The notes beneath the pieces were generated by a model. That model had not been told where the DNA came from and ran no database searches. It was given only the letters and a program-made list of their open reading frames with translations. DNA of 64,000 nucleotides from a virus (lineage: Duplodnaviria > Caudoviricetes): positions 6,052-70,051 of IMG/VR virus record IMGVR_UViG_3300033075_001214. One strand, written 5' to 3'. Shown piece by piece: positions 24,291-34,676 of the stretch. Each line of letters starts with the position of its first letter. The first letter of the stretch is position 1. A program made the translations under genes and the position numbers.

Positions 24291-27248
24291 ATGGCATACG
24301 CAAGTCCCATGAAGATAGCAAACGGTTTAGTCTTAGACTTCACCGTTGACAATGCAGATACCGCAGCCGATACATTCCTTGGCCTCAACGCTAGCGGAGA
24401 AGTCACCAAGTTTGCCAGTGTTCCAAGAGCAAGAGTAAGTGGAGGTGGAAATCTTACCGAAGCAACCTCTTCCGTCCTTACCATCACCGGAGGAAGCGCA
24501 GCCGTATTAACCTCCGGGTTAACTATTCAGGTTAAGCAAGCCAGCGGATCTCAGGCGGGATACTTATCCAGTGCTGATTGGACAACCTTCAATAATAAAC
24601 TTGGAACCTCACTTACTTCGGCTTATGTATATGTAGGCAATGGATCAAACGTAGCCACCGGTGTAGCAATAAGCGGAGATATCACCTTAACCAATACAGG
24701 TAACGTTCAAATTGTAGCTGGTGCCATTGTTAATGCAGACATCAATGCAAGCGCAGCGATCGCAGTATCCAAGTTAGAAGCCCTTACAGCCAGTCGTGTA
24801 TTAGGCTCAGATGGAAGCGGCATTATTCAGGCACTCAATACTGCAACGTATCCTTCACTGACTGAATTAGCTTACGTGAAAGGCGTAACCAGTGCGATTC
24901 AAACCCAACTTAACAACCGGCTATCTGTAACGTTATCATCTCCCACCAATGGCGATGTGATCACCTACAATGGATCCGCCTGGGTAAATTCTCCATCAAG
25001 CACTGGGGTACCAACCGGAGGAACCACCGCCCAAATCTTACGTAAGATTGACAACACGAATTATAATACCGAGTGGCATACATTGGTTGCCTCAGATATT
25101 ACTGATGTATCGTCTACGGCAGCGGAATTAAATAAGTTATCGGGGGTAACCACCACGTCAACTCAGTTCAATTTCCTTAATACACTAAGCGGGAATGTCC
25201 AAGATCAATTAGCCGCTAAGGTAGGGACATCCCTCACTCAGAACTATATGTTAGTAGGAGACGCGTCTAATATTGTTACCCCCTTAGCGCCAGGTACCAA
25301 TGGTTATGTTCTTACTTCTGTATCTGGAGTGCCCACATGGGTAAGCCCGGGTGTTGGTGGAACAGTTACATCAGTAGCAGCTTCTGGGGGAACCACCGGA
25401 ATGTCCTTCACAGGTTCACCGATTACTACCAGTGGCACCTTAACACTTACAGGAACTTTAGCAATAGCCAACGGAGGAACAGGTTTAACAGCATTAGGTA
25501 CTGCTAATCAATTAATCCGCGTTAACGCTGGAGCGACAGCATTAGAGTATTTTACTCATGCATTTGGTGATATGGTGCTTGCTTCAACACAGACAAATAC
25601 CGGCACAAAGACTTTCTTAGACGGAAGTTTTAAACTGCGTAACGTAGCCAACACATTTGACGCGATTTTCAGTAATACTAATACGGCTGACAGGACTTAT
25701 ACTCTACCAAATGTAAGCGGAACAATAGGTCTAACCTCAGATTTAGGTGGATGGTTAACAGGAACTCTTACAGCGGATCAAACAGTACTACTAAATAATA
25801 ACCTTCGTTTTTTTGGAATATATGGATCCCCATCAATATCACAACCTGCTTCACTTGGTATTGGATTAGGGGTAGTTGAATTAGGAGTCGGTAGCGGGGC
25901 TGGTAATAATGGGTATTCAAACGCAAGATCGGGAATGCAGATAGGGTCTAATGATATATCTATGAAGTTTGCCTCTACCAGTTCTGGGTCATTCATTGTA
26001 ACAGATGGAAAAACGACTAAGGATGGTATTAAATATGCTGCCAGTGGCTATGAAACTAATGACCTAACGTTAACCAGCAGGGGGTATGTATTAGGTGCTA
26101 AAACATACTCAGCGAGACAAACTTTTGCTAGTGGAAACGATGGAAGTATTTTATTAGGATCACATACGGCAGATCACACTACGGCTACTAATGGGGTTAT
26201 GTATTATAACTCTACAGCTAATGAACTTAGAGCTAGAATTAATGGTGCTTGGGTTGCATTGGGGGCTGGTGGAGGTATAGGTGGTTCTACAGGAGCAACA
26301 GATAATTCTGTTTTAAGAGCAGACGGAACCGGAGGAGCTACATTACAAAATAGCGGATTAATAATTGATGACAGTGCTAACCTCACACTAGGAGTCGCAG
26401 CATTAGCTGGTGGCACAAGAACTTTTGGAGTAGACGGATCGGCTACAGATATAGGACTTACGATATACACCAAAGGAGCGGGTAGCTTAGAGATAGGAGG
26501 AGGAAACACAAGTCTTACCAGAATAAATCACGGAGACGCAGCTACTTCCACCGCGACCAGAATGTTATCGTTAACGAAAAGAACTTCAGGTACAGCCGCA
26601 GCCGGTTTTGGCTTAAATCAAACTTGGGATATTGAAAGCGGTTCTGGAAATCTTGCGACAGCAGTAGGATTTACAGCCACTTGGAGTGTAGCTACAGATG
26701 CATTGGAAACCAGTAGTTATGTCCTTGCTACCAGAAAAGCAGGCGCATCTTTTGATGCTTTCAGTATCAATGGAGATAATATGGCCTTGTTGTCAGGAGT
26801 TCCTGCTAACTGGCAATCTATGGAACGGGGGGTTTATCTTCCTAATAGAACAGTCGCTCCAACAACCGGTATAGCCAATGGGGTAGCCTTGTTTGCGGAA
26901 GACGTAAATAGCTCATCTGAATATTTTGTGATGTCGGAATCAGGGGCTAAAGTAAATATCTCAGGATTATTTGAACCTGTAACAGAGTCAGGAACAACGT
27001 TTACGCTTAATGAAACCCATAGAAATAAAATTGTTCTCTGTACAAACAGCGGAGCAATAACGGTAACCGTTAACACGGGGAAAGCGGCAGGATGGAATTG
27101 TATGCTTGTGGCTACTCATGCTACAGGAACTATTTCTCTTTCAGCAAGCAGCACAACAATCAATGGAGTCACAGCTACCACCGCGCAGTTTGATACGCTT
27201 TCGATCGTTCATTATGGTTCTGAAAATTACTTATCTAAATTAGGATGA
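24291..27248 (+). CDS. Tail fibre protein
   Basis: 985 aa, G/T/A/S-rich; repeats shared with the previous gene. Confidence 0.75.
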   Translation: MAYASPMKIANGLVLDFTVDNADTAADTFLGLNASGEVTKFASVPRARVSGGGNLTEATSSVLTITGGSAAVLTSGLTIQVKQASGSQAGYLSSADWTTFNNKLGTSLTSAYVYVGNGSNVATGVAISGDITLTNTGNVQIVAGAIVNADINASAAIAVSKLEALTASRVLGSDGSGIIQALNTATYPSLTELAYVKGVTSAIQTQLNNRLSVTLSSPTNGDVITYNGSAWVNSPSSTGVPTGGTTAQILRKIDNTNYNTEWHTLVASDITDVSSTAAELNKLSGVTTTSTQFNFLNTLSGNVQDQLAAKVGTSLTQNYMLVGDASNIVTPLAPGTNGYVLTSVSGVPTWVSPGVGGTVTSVAASGGTTGMSFTGSPITTSGTLTLTGTLAIANGGTGLTALGTANQLIRVNAGATALEYFTHAFGDMVLASTQTNTGTKTFLDGSFKLRNVANTFDAIFSNTNTADRTYTLPNVSGTIGLTSDLGGWLTGTLTADQTVLLNNNLRFFGIYGSPSISQPASLGIGLGVVELGVGSGAGNNGYSNARSGMQIGSNDISMKFASTSSGSFIVTDGKTTKDGIKYAASGYETNDLTLTSRGYVLGAKTYSARQTFASGNDGSILLGSHTADHTTATNGVMYYNSTANELRARINGAWVALGAGGGIGGSTGATDNSVLRADGTGGATLQNSGLIIDDSANLTLGVAALAGGTRTFGVDGSATDIGLTIYTKGAGSLEIGGGNTSLTRINHGDAATSTATRMLSLTKRTSGTAAAGFGLNQTWDIESGSGNLATAVGFTATWSVATDALETSSYVLATRKAGASFDAFSINGDNMALLSGVPANWQSMERGVYLPNRTVAPTTGIANGVALFAEDVNSSSEYFVMSESGAKVNISGLFEPVTESGTTFTLNETHRNKIVLCTNSGAITVTVNTGKAAGWNCMLVATHATGTISLSASSTTINGVTATTAQFDTLSIVHYGSENYLSKLG

Positions 27249-29125
27249 ATTTAAGTCTTATAAATATGCTTTTAGATGGGGGTTCTTTTGATCCTTCCCA
27301 ACTTTCAAATAAAGCCTTTTGGTTCAATGCGTCCGATCCTGCAAGTGGTGAGGTTACAAGCTGGACTGATCGGTTTTTAATTGGTAATGCCGTACCCGTT
27401 GCCGCACGAAATACACCTAACAAAGTAACCGATGGAGACTTACCAGCTATTGAATTTACACGGGCTAACAATGAGATATTAAGAATCCCCGCGATTACAG
27501 GGATAGTCACTTATACCTTATTCGTAGTTTTAAAAGCTAAAGGAACTACCAACAATCAAAAGGTTATCGGGAACGGTGGAGCGTCTGACACTACTCACGG
27601 TTTTGATGTTAACATTCAAACCGACAATTTTAGAATTAACAATAGAAACACCAACACGCAGCAGCAGAAGTCATTTGCTTTTACTGACACAGCCAGCTAC
27701 CACGTAATAACTGTAAAATTTCAATCGGTTAGTACAACCGCCTTAAACGCTTTCAATAGAACGGTGTTTAAGCAAAACAACGTAGTTAAAATAACCGATG
27801 GCGATGCACAACCTTTATTTACTTCCTCAGTAGGTTTTGACATTGGTAGCGATGCCGCCAATGTTAGTTTTGATGGGTACATACGCGAAATAATTTGCGT
27901 TAAGGAGTGGATGAGCGAAGCCAACGAACTTAAAGTTTATCAATACTTAAATGCAAAGTGGGGTTTATCCGTTACCACTACAATGCCATCCTATACATTC
28001 CCAGGCTCAGTAGCTAACAACTCTACAAACTGGGCAGTAGCAACATTAGGCACAGCTAACCTTGTAGGCGATGTTTTTGAGTACGATAACAGCGAAGGTG
28101 CAAGGCCGGTACTTATTGCGATGCATGGCTATACAGAATTGGCGGCAACTTTAGGCGCTGACTTTTATACCCGTTTGGCTAAGTTAGGATTCTTTGTGTT
28201 AGGCCCACAGATGCGAAGCCGAAACAGCAGCACAGGCACAAGGGATTCATCAGGGCAGGAGATTTATGACATTTACGACATCTATCAAAATGCCATATCT
28301 AAGCTTTCCACGATGGGAGTTATCGACTCAACTAAAGTTATCATGGCTGGATACTCAGGAGGCGGTGGTAATACTTACGCTTTCTTAAACAGATTCCCCG
28401 ACTTTTGTCCTGCGACAGTCGTTCACTTTGGGATTTCTGATTACGGATATGATGGAACTTATTCATGGTATGTAGAAGAACCAAGCAGACAAGCACAGTT
28501 AGACACCGATGTGGGAAGTCCAAGGGCATCATTCCTGAATGAATACAGAACAAGAAATAGTTTAGAAGGTATTGCCATCAACTACCAGGGCAAACTTTTT
28601 ATTTTCCACGATGATTTAGATACAGCTGTTCACCTGGATCATTCAAGCCGGGTAAAAGATGCCTATACCGCCTTAAGCAGAATAGTACAGGAAACAAAAT
28701 ACGGGGCCATTAATTCCGATACCGAACTGTATTACTCAGTTACAACAAACACCGATTCACCCCGATGGATACACGGCAACCCAACCGGTGCCGCGGGTAT
28801 TATTTCAGCAGAGCCACAATGGACACCAACGCTATTAGCCGCACAACCTTTTGAGATACCAGCCACCGGAACGGTAAAAATTTTGGGCTGGATAAGAACT
28901 AAAAAATTCTACATTATTTTAGGTAATGGCACCGTAGCAAATAACGGTAAAACCCGAAGCGCAGAATTAACATACGATTGGACAAATAACTCTTACACCA
29001 TTACACCACTACTCGAAAGTGGTGCATCTGATGAAACGGTAGCTATTACTGTTATCGGAGGAGCACACGCGGGAAAGACAGCAAGCGGAACAATTTCAAC
29101 ACCAACTTTATTTACCCCAGTTTAA
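27245..29125 (+). CDS. Lectin (LamG/ConA-like) plus alpha/beta-hydrolase virion protein
   Basis: SFDGYIREII LamG-type motif; LIAMHGY oxyanion region, GYSGGG nucleophile elbow, FIFHDDLD. Confidence 0.7.
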   Translation: MNLSLINMLLDGGSFDPSQLSNKAFWFNASDPASGEVTSWTDRFLIGNAVPVAARNTPNKVTDGDLPAIEFTRANNEILRIPAITGIVTYTLFVVLKAKGTTNNQKVIGNGGASDTTHGFDVNIQTDNFRINNRNTNTQQQKSFAFTDTASYHVITVKFQSVSTTALNAFNRTVFKQNNVVKITDGDAQPLFTSSVGFDIGSDAANVSFDGYIREIICVKEWMSEANELKVYQYLNAKWGLSVTTTMPSYTFPGSVANNSTNWAVATLGTANLVGDVFEYDNSEGARPVLIAMHGYTELAATLGADFYTRLAKLGFFVLGPQMRSRNSSTGTRDSSGQEIYDIYDIYQNAISKLSTMGVIDSTKVIMAGYSGGGGNTYAFLNRFPDFCPATVVHFGISDYGYDGTYSWYVEEPSRQAQLDTDVGSPRASFLNEYRTRNSLEGIAINYQGKLFIFHDDLDTAVHLDHSSRVKDAYTALSRIVQETKYGAINSDTELYYSVTTNTDSPRWIHGNPTGAAGIISAEPQWTPTLLAAQPFEIPATGTVKILGWIRTKKFYIILGNGTVANNGKTRSAELTYDWTNNSYTITPLLESGASDETVAITVIGGAHAGKTASGTISTPTLFTPV

Positions 29126-29128
29126 AAG

Positions 29129-32035
29129 ATGATCACGATATTCAACCTTCTGGGGGGATTTGGAGGAAGTTCTAATCAAATTAATGATGTATTATTTACA
29201 ACTAAAATAATATATCGAAACAATGTCGCAATAGAATTAGATGCCTATCCTGTAGGTAATGTAAATATCACATCCCATCGATGGGAAATAAGAAGGATGT
29301 CCGACAATGCTCTGGTAGGATTATCCCTAAATGCAAATGCTTCAATTGACACAGTAACTACCCCTGGATACTATAAAATAAGTTATAAAGGTAAAACAGT
29401 CACCGATCAATATGTAAGACAGTGGGATGACGTAGTAGTATGGTATCCTGAATTTACAGAACAGGAAGCAGATGACGTTTACGATTTAGCCTCTGGAAAC
29501 ATTTATCATGATTATGCAAGTGCAAATAATACTGGTCGTAAGATTTACATTAAAGGAACTGGTACTGGATATGTTGCCTTATTGAATTTATGGGGAACAA
29601 CAGGTGGATTTCAGAATTATGTTCGTGTGCAAAGAGAACATAATGAAGTTCATACAGGTGTTTCTGGTTCAGATATGATTAGTTTTGGAGGGGCTAGATA
29701 TGTATTCATTGATGGGTATAATACCGATGGCACTCCGGGATGGGAAGCCCATAATCCAACAGGCGGATTGTTTGAATTTAGATGCGAAAACATTCTAGGG
29801 GGTGTAACAAATCTTCACGTAGGTGGATTAAAATTAATTAGAGATGGAGCTTCTAATGATAGAGCTAGTATTTCAATCATTCCTCCGGTAAACTCAACAT
29901 ATAATGCAACTAATTGGGTTTATGATAAAATGGCCATTCATGGTTGTAGTATCACCAATTCAGGAGCAGAGGGGATTTATGTCATGTACACCAACGACAC
30001 TCCTCAGTCTACCTACATCCCTCCAAAAGCAAGGGATATGATAATTGCATGGAATACTGTTACGAATTCGGGCAATGATGCTATTCAAAATGCATCTTGT
30101 GTAGGCAGTACTAGGGTACACGATAATACGATTGATACATGGGGTATTCAAGGAAGTAGTGGTCATGAAGCTGCTTTTTCATGGAATGAGGGTAACTCAG
30201 GATTGTGTTATAATAACTATGCGATTAATGGGAAAATGGCCATTAGTGCTAAGTCAGGATTAACACCTTGGGACATCCAGGCTGGTCAGACAACCCCCCA
30301 AAGAGTGGCATTCTATAATAATGTATTTATAGAAGGAACCCCTCCTGCAGTGGGAGGCACAGAACCTGTATTTAGTTATTTTCAAGCTAATAATACGGGT
30401 AATTCGGCAGATTGGCCAGTGCAAATATTTAACAACACGTTTTTATGTAATAAACTAGGAATTACGTTTGCCTTCAATAGTGCAGGAGGGTTTACGATTC
30501 CAACACTAAAATTATTTAATAATATTTTTGTAAAAACAGGAGGCTCAAACGAGTATTCATATACTGGCGCAGGCACTTATCCTAGTTCTCCCGTTATTAA
30601 TAATATTGTAAGATCGTTCTCTAGTTATTCAGACTTACTATTTACAAGTAGCGCTAACTTGAGACCGTCTTCATTAACATCACCAGTATTCACAGGAGCA
30701 ACAGATACAGATACCTATATTTCAGGTATTGACTTTAATGATGCTGACGGATTCCCATCCTATGACGGAGCTGCTTACACTCATGGTGCTTATACAAGAG
30801 ATGATCTAAAAACAATAACCCCTACAGTGGATGATGCAGCGGCAGCTTCCTTTACAGTTGCCCCAGCAGTAGGATCTCTCACATATTCTGGAGGAACCAT
30901 CACCTTCCAAGCTAATAAACCGGGACTGCTTTATTACGTAGTGGTATCCAATGGAGACTCAACTCCAACCAATGATCAGATAATAGCTGGTTTAAATGCG
31001 GCAGGATCAACAGCTCTAAATTCAGGAGAAATTTTTGATGCGGGCACAGGATCTGGAGGATCAGAGGTATTTACTGATAGGAATGAGAGTACGGCTTATG
31101 ACATGCACTGCATTTTTGTAACCAGAGATAATATACGACAAGCAGCCTCTACTAAAGTTGATTTTACCACCGCAGCAGATACTACTCCTCCCGTTCTTTC
31201 TGGATGGGAAGTTAGAAATGCTAATCCGAATAGATTATATTTTAACTCTAGTAAGGTAATTACAGGTACTACTTATGGAGGATTCACTATTGACCAAATA
31301 CTAGGTACTACTATAACCGTTACAGGACTTACTGTTAATTCAGGACAATTAACAGATCATTATTTTTCATTAAGCGGAAATCTTTTAGCTATTGATTATC
31401 TCGCACGGATAGCCTACTCTGGTAGTGGTTCTAATATTCAGGATACAGCTTCTACTCCCAATGCATTGGCTTCTTTTGCGGCTACTGTGATAACTAACTC
31501 AATAACGTATAGTAAGAGAATAAACGTTAACATTACTTCCTTTGGTCAGAATCTTGTATCCTCTACAGCATGGAATAATGCTGATTTAGCAACCGCAGGA
31601 GTGCAGACAATAATCTCCAATCTTGACGATATTAATAATACACCAACAGGATATGCTTTTGAAATTGCAAACGCCTTCCATGCGCTTAATAATTCAGTGA
31701 ATGCAACCGCGGGGACTTACATAAGTGAAGCAAATGCATTGGTAAGGGGGGCGGAATCTTATAGTAGTGGGGATGCCGCTGGTACCTTTAGATTTTCAGG
31801 ACTCACAAGTGGAAAGTCTTTCGACCTTATTTATTTAATCAAAAATACTTTTGGTACTGGTGCAGGAAACATTAATGTTAACGGAGCTGGCGCAGTGGGG
31901 TACACTACTGGAACTAAAGAAGGTAAGGTGAGTGGTACAGTGAATGGTAGTGGCTATATAGATGTAGTAATGACTCAAACAACCTCTAATACCTCTGAGT
32001 GTATGGTGGCAATTATTTTAGTGGTTTATCCTTAA
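29129..32035 (+). CDS. Tailspike/depolymerase with a right-handed beta-helix and Ig-like domains
   Basis: IHGCSITNSGAEGIY, IAWNTVTNSGNDAIQ, VHDNTI, FYNNVF, IFNNTF parallel beta-helix repeats. Confidence 0.75.
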   Translation: MITIFNLLGGFGGSSNQINDVLFTTKIIYRNNVAIELDAYPVGNVNITSHRWEIRRMSDNALVGLSLNANASIDTVTTPGYYKISYKGKTVTDQYVRQWDDVVVWYPEFTEQEADDVYDLASGNIYHDYASANNTGRKIYIKGTGTGYVALLNLWGTTGGFQNYVRVQREHNEVHTGVSGSDMISFGGARYVFIDGYNTDGTPGWEAHNPTGGLFEFRCENILGGVTNLHVGGLKLIRDGASNDRASISIIPPVNSTYNATNWVYDKMAIHGCSITNSGAEGIYVMYTNDTPQSTYIPPKARDMIIAWNTVTNSGNDAIQNASCVGSTRVHDNTIDTWGIQGSSGHEAAFSWNEGNSGLCYNNYAINGKMAISAKSGLTPWDIQAGQTTPQRVAFYNNVFIEGTPPAVGGTEPVFSYFQANNTGNSADWPVQIFNNTFLCNKLGITFAFNSAGGFTIPTLKLFNNIFVKTGGSNEYSYTGAGTYPSSPVINNIVRSFSSYSDLLFTSSANLRPSSLTSPVFTGATDTDTYISGIDFNDADGFPSYDGAAYTHGAYTRDDLKTITPTVDDAAAASFTVAPAVGSLTYSGGTITFQANKPGLLYYVVVSNGDSTPTNDQIIAGLNAAGSTALNSGEIFDAGTGSGGSEVFTDRNESTAYDMHCIFVTRDNIRQAASTKVDFTTAADTTPPVLSGWEVRNANPNRLYFNSSKVITGTTYGGFTIDQILGTTITVTGLTVNSGQLTDHYFSLSGNLLAIDYLARIAYSGSGSNIQDTASTPNALASFAATVITNSITYSKRINVNITSFGQNLVSSTAWNNADLATAGVQTIISNLDDINNTPTGYAFEIANAFHALNNSVNATAGTYISEANALVRGAESYSSGDAAGTFRFSGLTSGKSFDLIYLIKNTFGTGAGNINVNGAGAVGYTTGTKEGKVSGTVNGSGYIDVVMTQTTSNTSECMVAIILVVYP

Positions 32036-32069
32036 ACAATTATATTTACCAAAATAAAATCCCCATATT

Positions 32070-32570
32070 ATGACAGAAACAACCCAAATCAACAAAGAAA
32101 AATTAAACTTATTCGTGCTTACCGGTAAGCACTACCTCAACAGCACAAAAAAGAAATCAAGGCTATGGATGGCGGTGGATGCTATTCTCCCCAAAGCAAC
32201 CAAGCTCCTTACCAGAGTTGAAAAAGAGCGCGAACTGGCCCGCGTGAATCTTTGTAAGAAGACAGCATCAAAGCACATTGAGTACGACAAAAATGGCCGT
32301 TATCAATTTACCGCTGAGGACTTCAAAATCCTTCAAGAAAAACTGGATGCCATTGACGAAGCCTTGGTAACAATTCCAACTATGATCATTCCGAAAGGAG
32401 AATACCCGGAATTAGGCCTTACCTACGATATCCGTCAGGCATTTCAGGGGATTGTTATTCCGGAGCCCGACTACAAGTTGGACGATCCCGAATTAGATGC
32501 TAAATTAGAGAAAGAAAACAAGGCTCTGGAAGCTGAGGAAGAGGAAGCCTTGGCTGAAGCCGAAGAATAA
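32070..32570 (+). CDS. Hypothetical protein (possible assembly chaperone)
   Basis: 166 aa with an acidic tail, between the fibre and connector genes. Confidence 0.55.
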   Translation: MTETTQINKEKLNLFVLTGKHYLNSTKKKSRLWMAVDAILPKATKLLTRVEKERELARVNLCKKTASKHIEYDKNGRYQFTAEDFKILQEKLDAIDEALVTIPTMIIPKGEYPELGLTYDIRQAFQGIVIPEPDYKLDDPELDAKLEKENKALEAEEEEALAEAEE

Positions 32571-33235
32571 TGAATATTAACCAGGCGATTCAATTAGTGC
32601 GATTCATTCTGAATAAAGACCAGAATGGAAACATTACGGGCGATAACTTCAACCTAATGGCCCCCATCGCTCAGATGTCCGTACTTCAGGATCGCCTGGG
32701 TAATATCAAGAAATATCAACCCGGAAGTCCTGTTCCAAATTATGGATTTTCTGTATCTCAGAAAGCACGGGAAGAACTCATGCCACTGATGGTAAAGCCT
32801 ACTACCACAGCCGTAGCCGCTGGACTGGCCACCTATCCGGCAAATTACCTGTACTACAATACGATCGAAACGGCAGCCGGTAAATTGATCACAGAGGCCA
32901 CACAGGACGAGATTGTTGAATTAAATAATTCTTCAATCACTCCCCCATCGACTACGTTCCCGAAATTCGTCATGCATAGTGATGGGTTTTATATTTATCC
33001 CACTTCGATCACTTCTATTAAAATATCTTACATCCGTAAACCCGATACTCCTATCTGGGCTTACACGATTTCTAATAACGAAGAGGTCTATGATGCCGGA
33101 AATAGTCAGGATTTTGAGTTATCAGAGACAACACATTTTGAAATTGTGATGCAAATCTTACAGATGTCAGGAGTTAACCTGAATATGCTTCAAGTCACAC
33201 AATATGCTCAGGCGATGGAGGCGCAAGGCAAATGA
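32570..33235 (+). CDS. Head-tail connector/ring protein
   Basis: KISYIRKP...WAY...DFELSE motif; synteny. Confidence 0.7.
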   Translation: MNINQAIQLVRFILNKDQNGNITGDNFNLMAPIAQMSVLQDRLGNIKKYQPGSPVPNYGFSVSQKAREELMPLMVKPTTTAVAAGLATYPANYLYYNTIETAAGKLITEATQDEIVELNNSSITPPSTTFPKFVMHSDGFYIYPTSITSIKISYIRKPDTPIWAYTISNNEEVYDAGNSQDFELSETTHFEIVMQILQMSGVNLNMLQVTQYAQAMEAQGK

Positions 33236-33888
33236 GAACCAAATGGTCCTACGCTGAATCGGTAATCAAGGAATTGCAAAATGACTATCCGGGCCGTGAT
33301 CTTAAAGTAGATCCGCGTGAGGTTCTTTTGCGGCTTGATGCCATGGTAAACCAAATGGCGAAATCTGGCTTCATTGAGAACTGGAAGATGGGAAACGGGG
33401 CTCAATTGGATGAGCAGTTTATCACTACCTGGGAATGGCTTACGATCACCGATCCGGCCAACAAACTACCCAGCTACTTCACCATACCGGCCAACTACGT
33501 CAATCTCCCCAGAAACGGAGGGATTGAACAGGTGTACTTTGAGAATTCCTTTAGTGGCAATAAAACCAGGTATTTCGATCCGGTAATCATCAAAAGTTTC
33601 AGAGATGTAACCGCCTACCGTAATAATATGGCTGGCAATCTTGAGGGTAGAATCTCAGGATACGCCAAAGGAAGAACCTTTGTTTTTGATCGCGGAGATG
33701 TAGGCACCAAATACGGACGAGCCGGAATAAGGCTTGCTATCCGAGATAGCTCTGTTATTGGAGATGATGATCCATATCCGATTCCTGCAGACATCGAACA
33801 ATCAATTATTGCTGAATTGGTAGACTGGTTCCGGGAGCGCAGAAAGCAGCCAACCGATACGATTAAGGACGCAAACGATAAAGCCTGA
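33232..33888 (+). CDS. Tail ring protein
   Basis: 218 aa; YPIPADIEQSII C-terminal motif; synteny. Confidence 0.6.
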   Translation: MRTKWSYAESVIKELQNDYPGRDLKVDPREVLLRLDAMVNQMAKSGFIENWKMGNGAQLDEQFITTWEWLTITDPANKLPSYFTIPANYVNLPRNGGIEQVYFENSFSGNKTRYFDPVIIKSFRDVTAYRNNMAGNLEGRISGYAKGRTFVFDRGDVGTKYGRAGIRLAIRDSSVIGDDDPYPIPADIEQSIIAELVDWFRERRKQPTDTIKDANDKA

Positions 33889-34676
33889 TGGAAAACATAG
33901 ACCCTAAAAATCGGTTTTTCAAAGTAGCCAGTATCGTTGATCAGGTATGCATCGATCTTGATTTGCCCGTTGATAAGTACTTCAATAAGTTCTTATCCTG
34001 GGCATTGTTTGACATCACGGACCTTAAAATGGACGCGGCTAACGATGTTATCACCGTTAAGCTACCGATCTCCGAAGTCAATTCTGTTACTCTTCCGGGT
34101 GACTATGTGGATTGGGTGAAGATTGGTATTCCGTGGGGACAATACGTTAAAACCTTTGCGGTTAACAGCGACCTGAGTACAGAAGAAAGAACCGTTGGAA
34201 ATCCGGAATTTAGTAAGGATTACCCTCCCGGATGGCTGCCAAACGGCACTGATATTACTCAATATGGAGGCTACGAGTTCAGCAACTACGGAGGCCGGTC
34301 GTTATTTTCAGCAGGCGGAGGACTTCCGAGCCGCGGACACTTCAAAGTAGTCGGTCGGCCAGGCAATAACTACGAGCTCCTTCTGGACGCAGGAATTCCT
34401 TCTGAGGAGATTTACATCGAGTACATCGGCCTTGGAATCAACCCTTGCGGAGAAACGGTCCTGAGCCCGTATTTAGGCCAATGGCTACGCGCAGATTTAC
34501 ACCATGCATGGGAGAAGTTTGCCCCACCAGCAAGACGGTCCGAGGCGGCTATCCAGCGCACAGGCCGTCAACTATGGCATGAAGAACAGAAAGTCAGGGG
34601 ACGAACCAATAAATTAACCCCTGATGATGTATTGTCGGCAACGCGCAAAGGCTATCGGCTTACTAATAAAATTTAA
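33888..34676 (+). CDS. Tail ring protein
   Basis: 262 aa; VTLPGDYVDWVKIG; synteny. Confidence 0.6.
   Translation: MENIDPKNRFFKVASIVDQVCIDLDLPVDKYFNKFLSWALFDITDLKMDAANDVITVKLPISEVNSVTLPGDYVDWVKIGIPWGQYVKTFAVNSDLSTEERTVGNPEFSKDYPPGWLPNGTDITQYGGYEFSNYGGRSLFSAGGGLPSRGHFKVVGRPGNNYELLLDAGIPSEEIYIEYIGLGINPCGETVLSPYLGQWLRADLHHAWEKFAPPARRSEAAIQRTGRQLWHEEQKVRGRTNKLTPDDVLSATRKGYRLTNKI

Noticed and set aside
23700-25210. Shared peptide repeats in the two fibre genes (GGTT.Q.LRK...Y.TEW; EL..L.GVTS.IQTQL)
   Set aside because: Ordinary tail-fibre shaft motifs; DNA identity is too broken to suggest an active shuffling system
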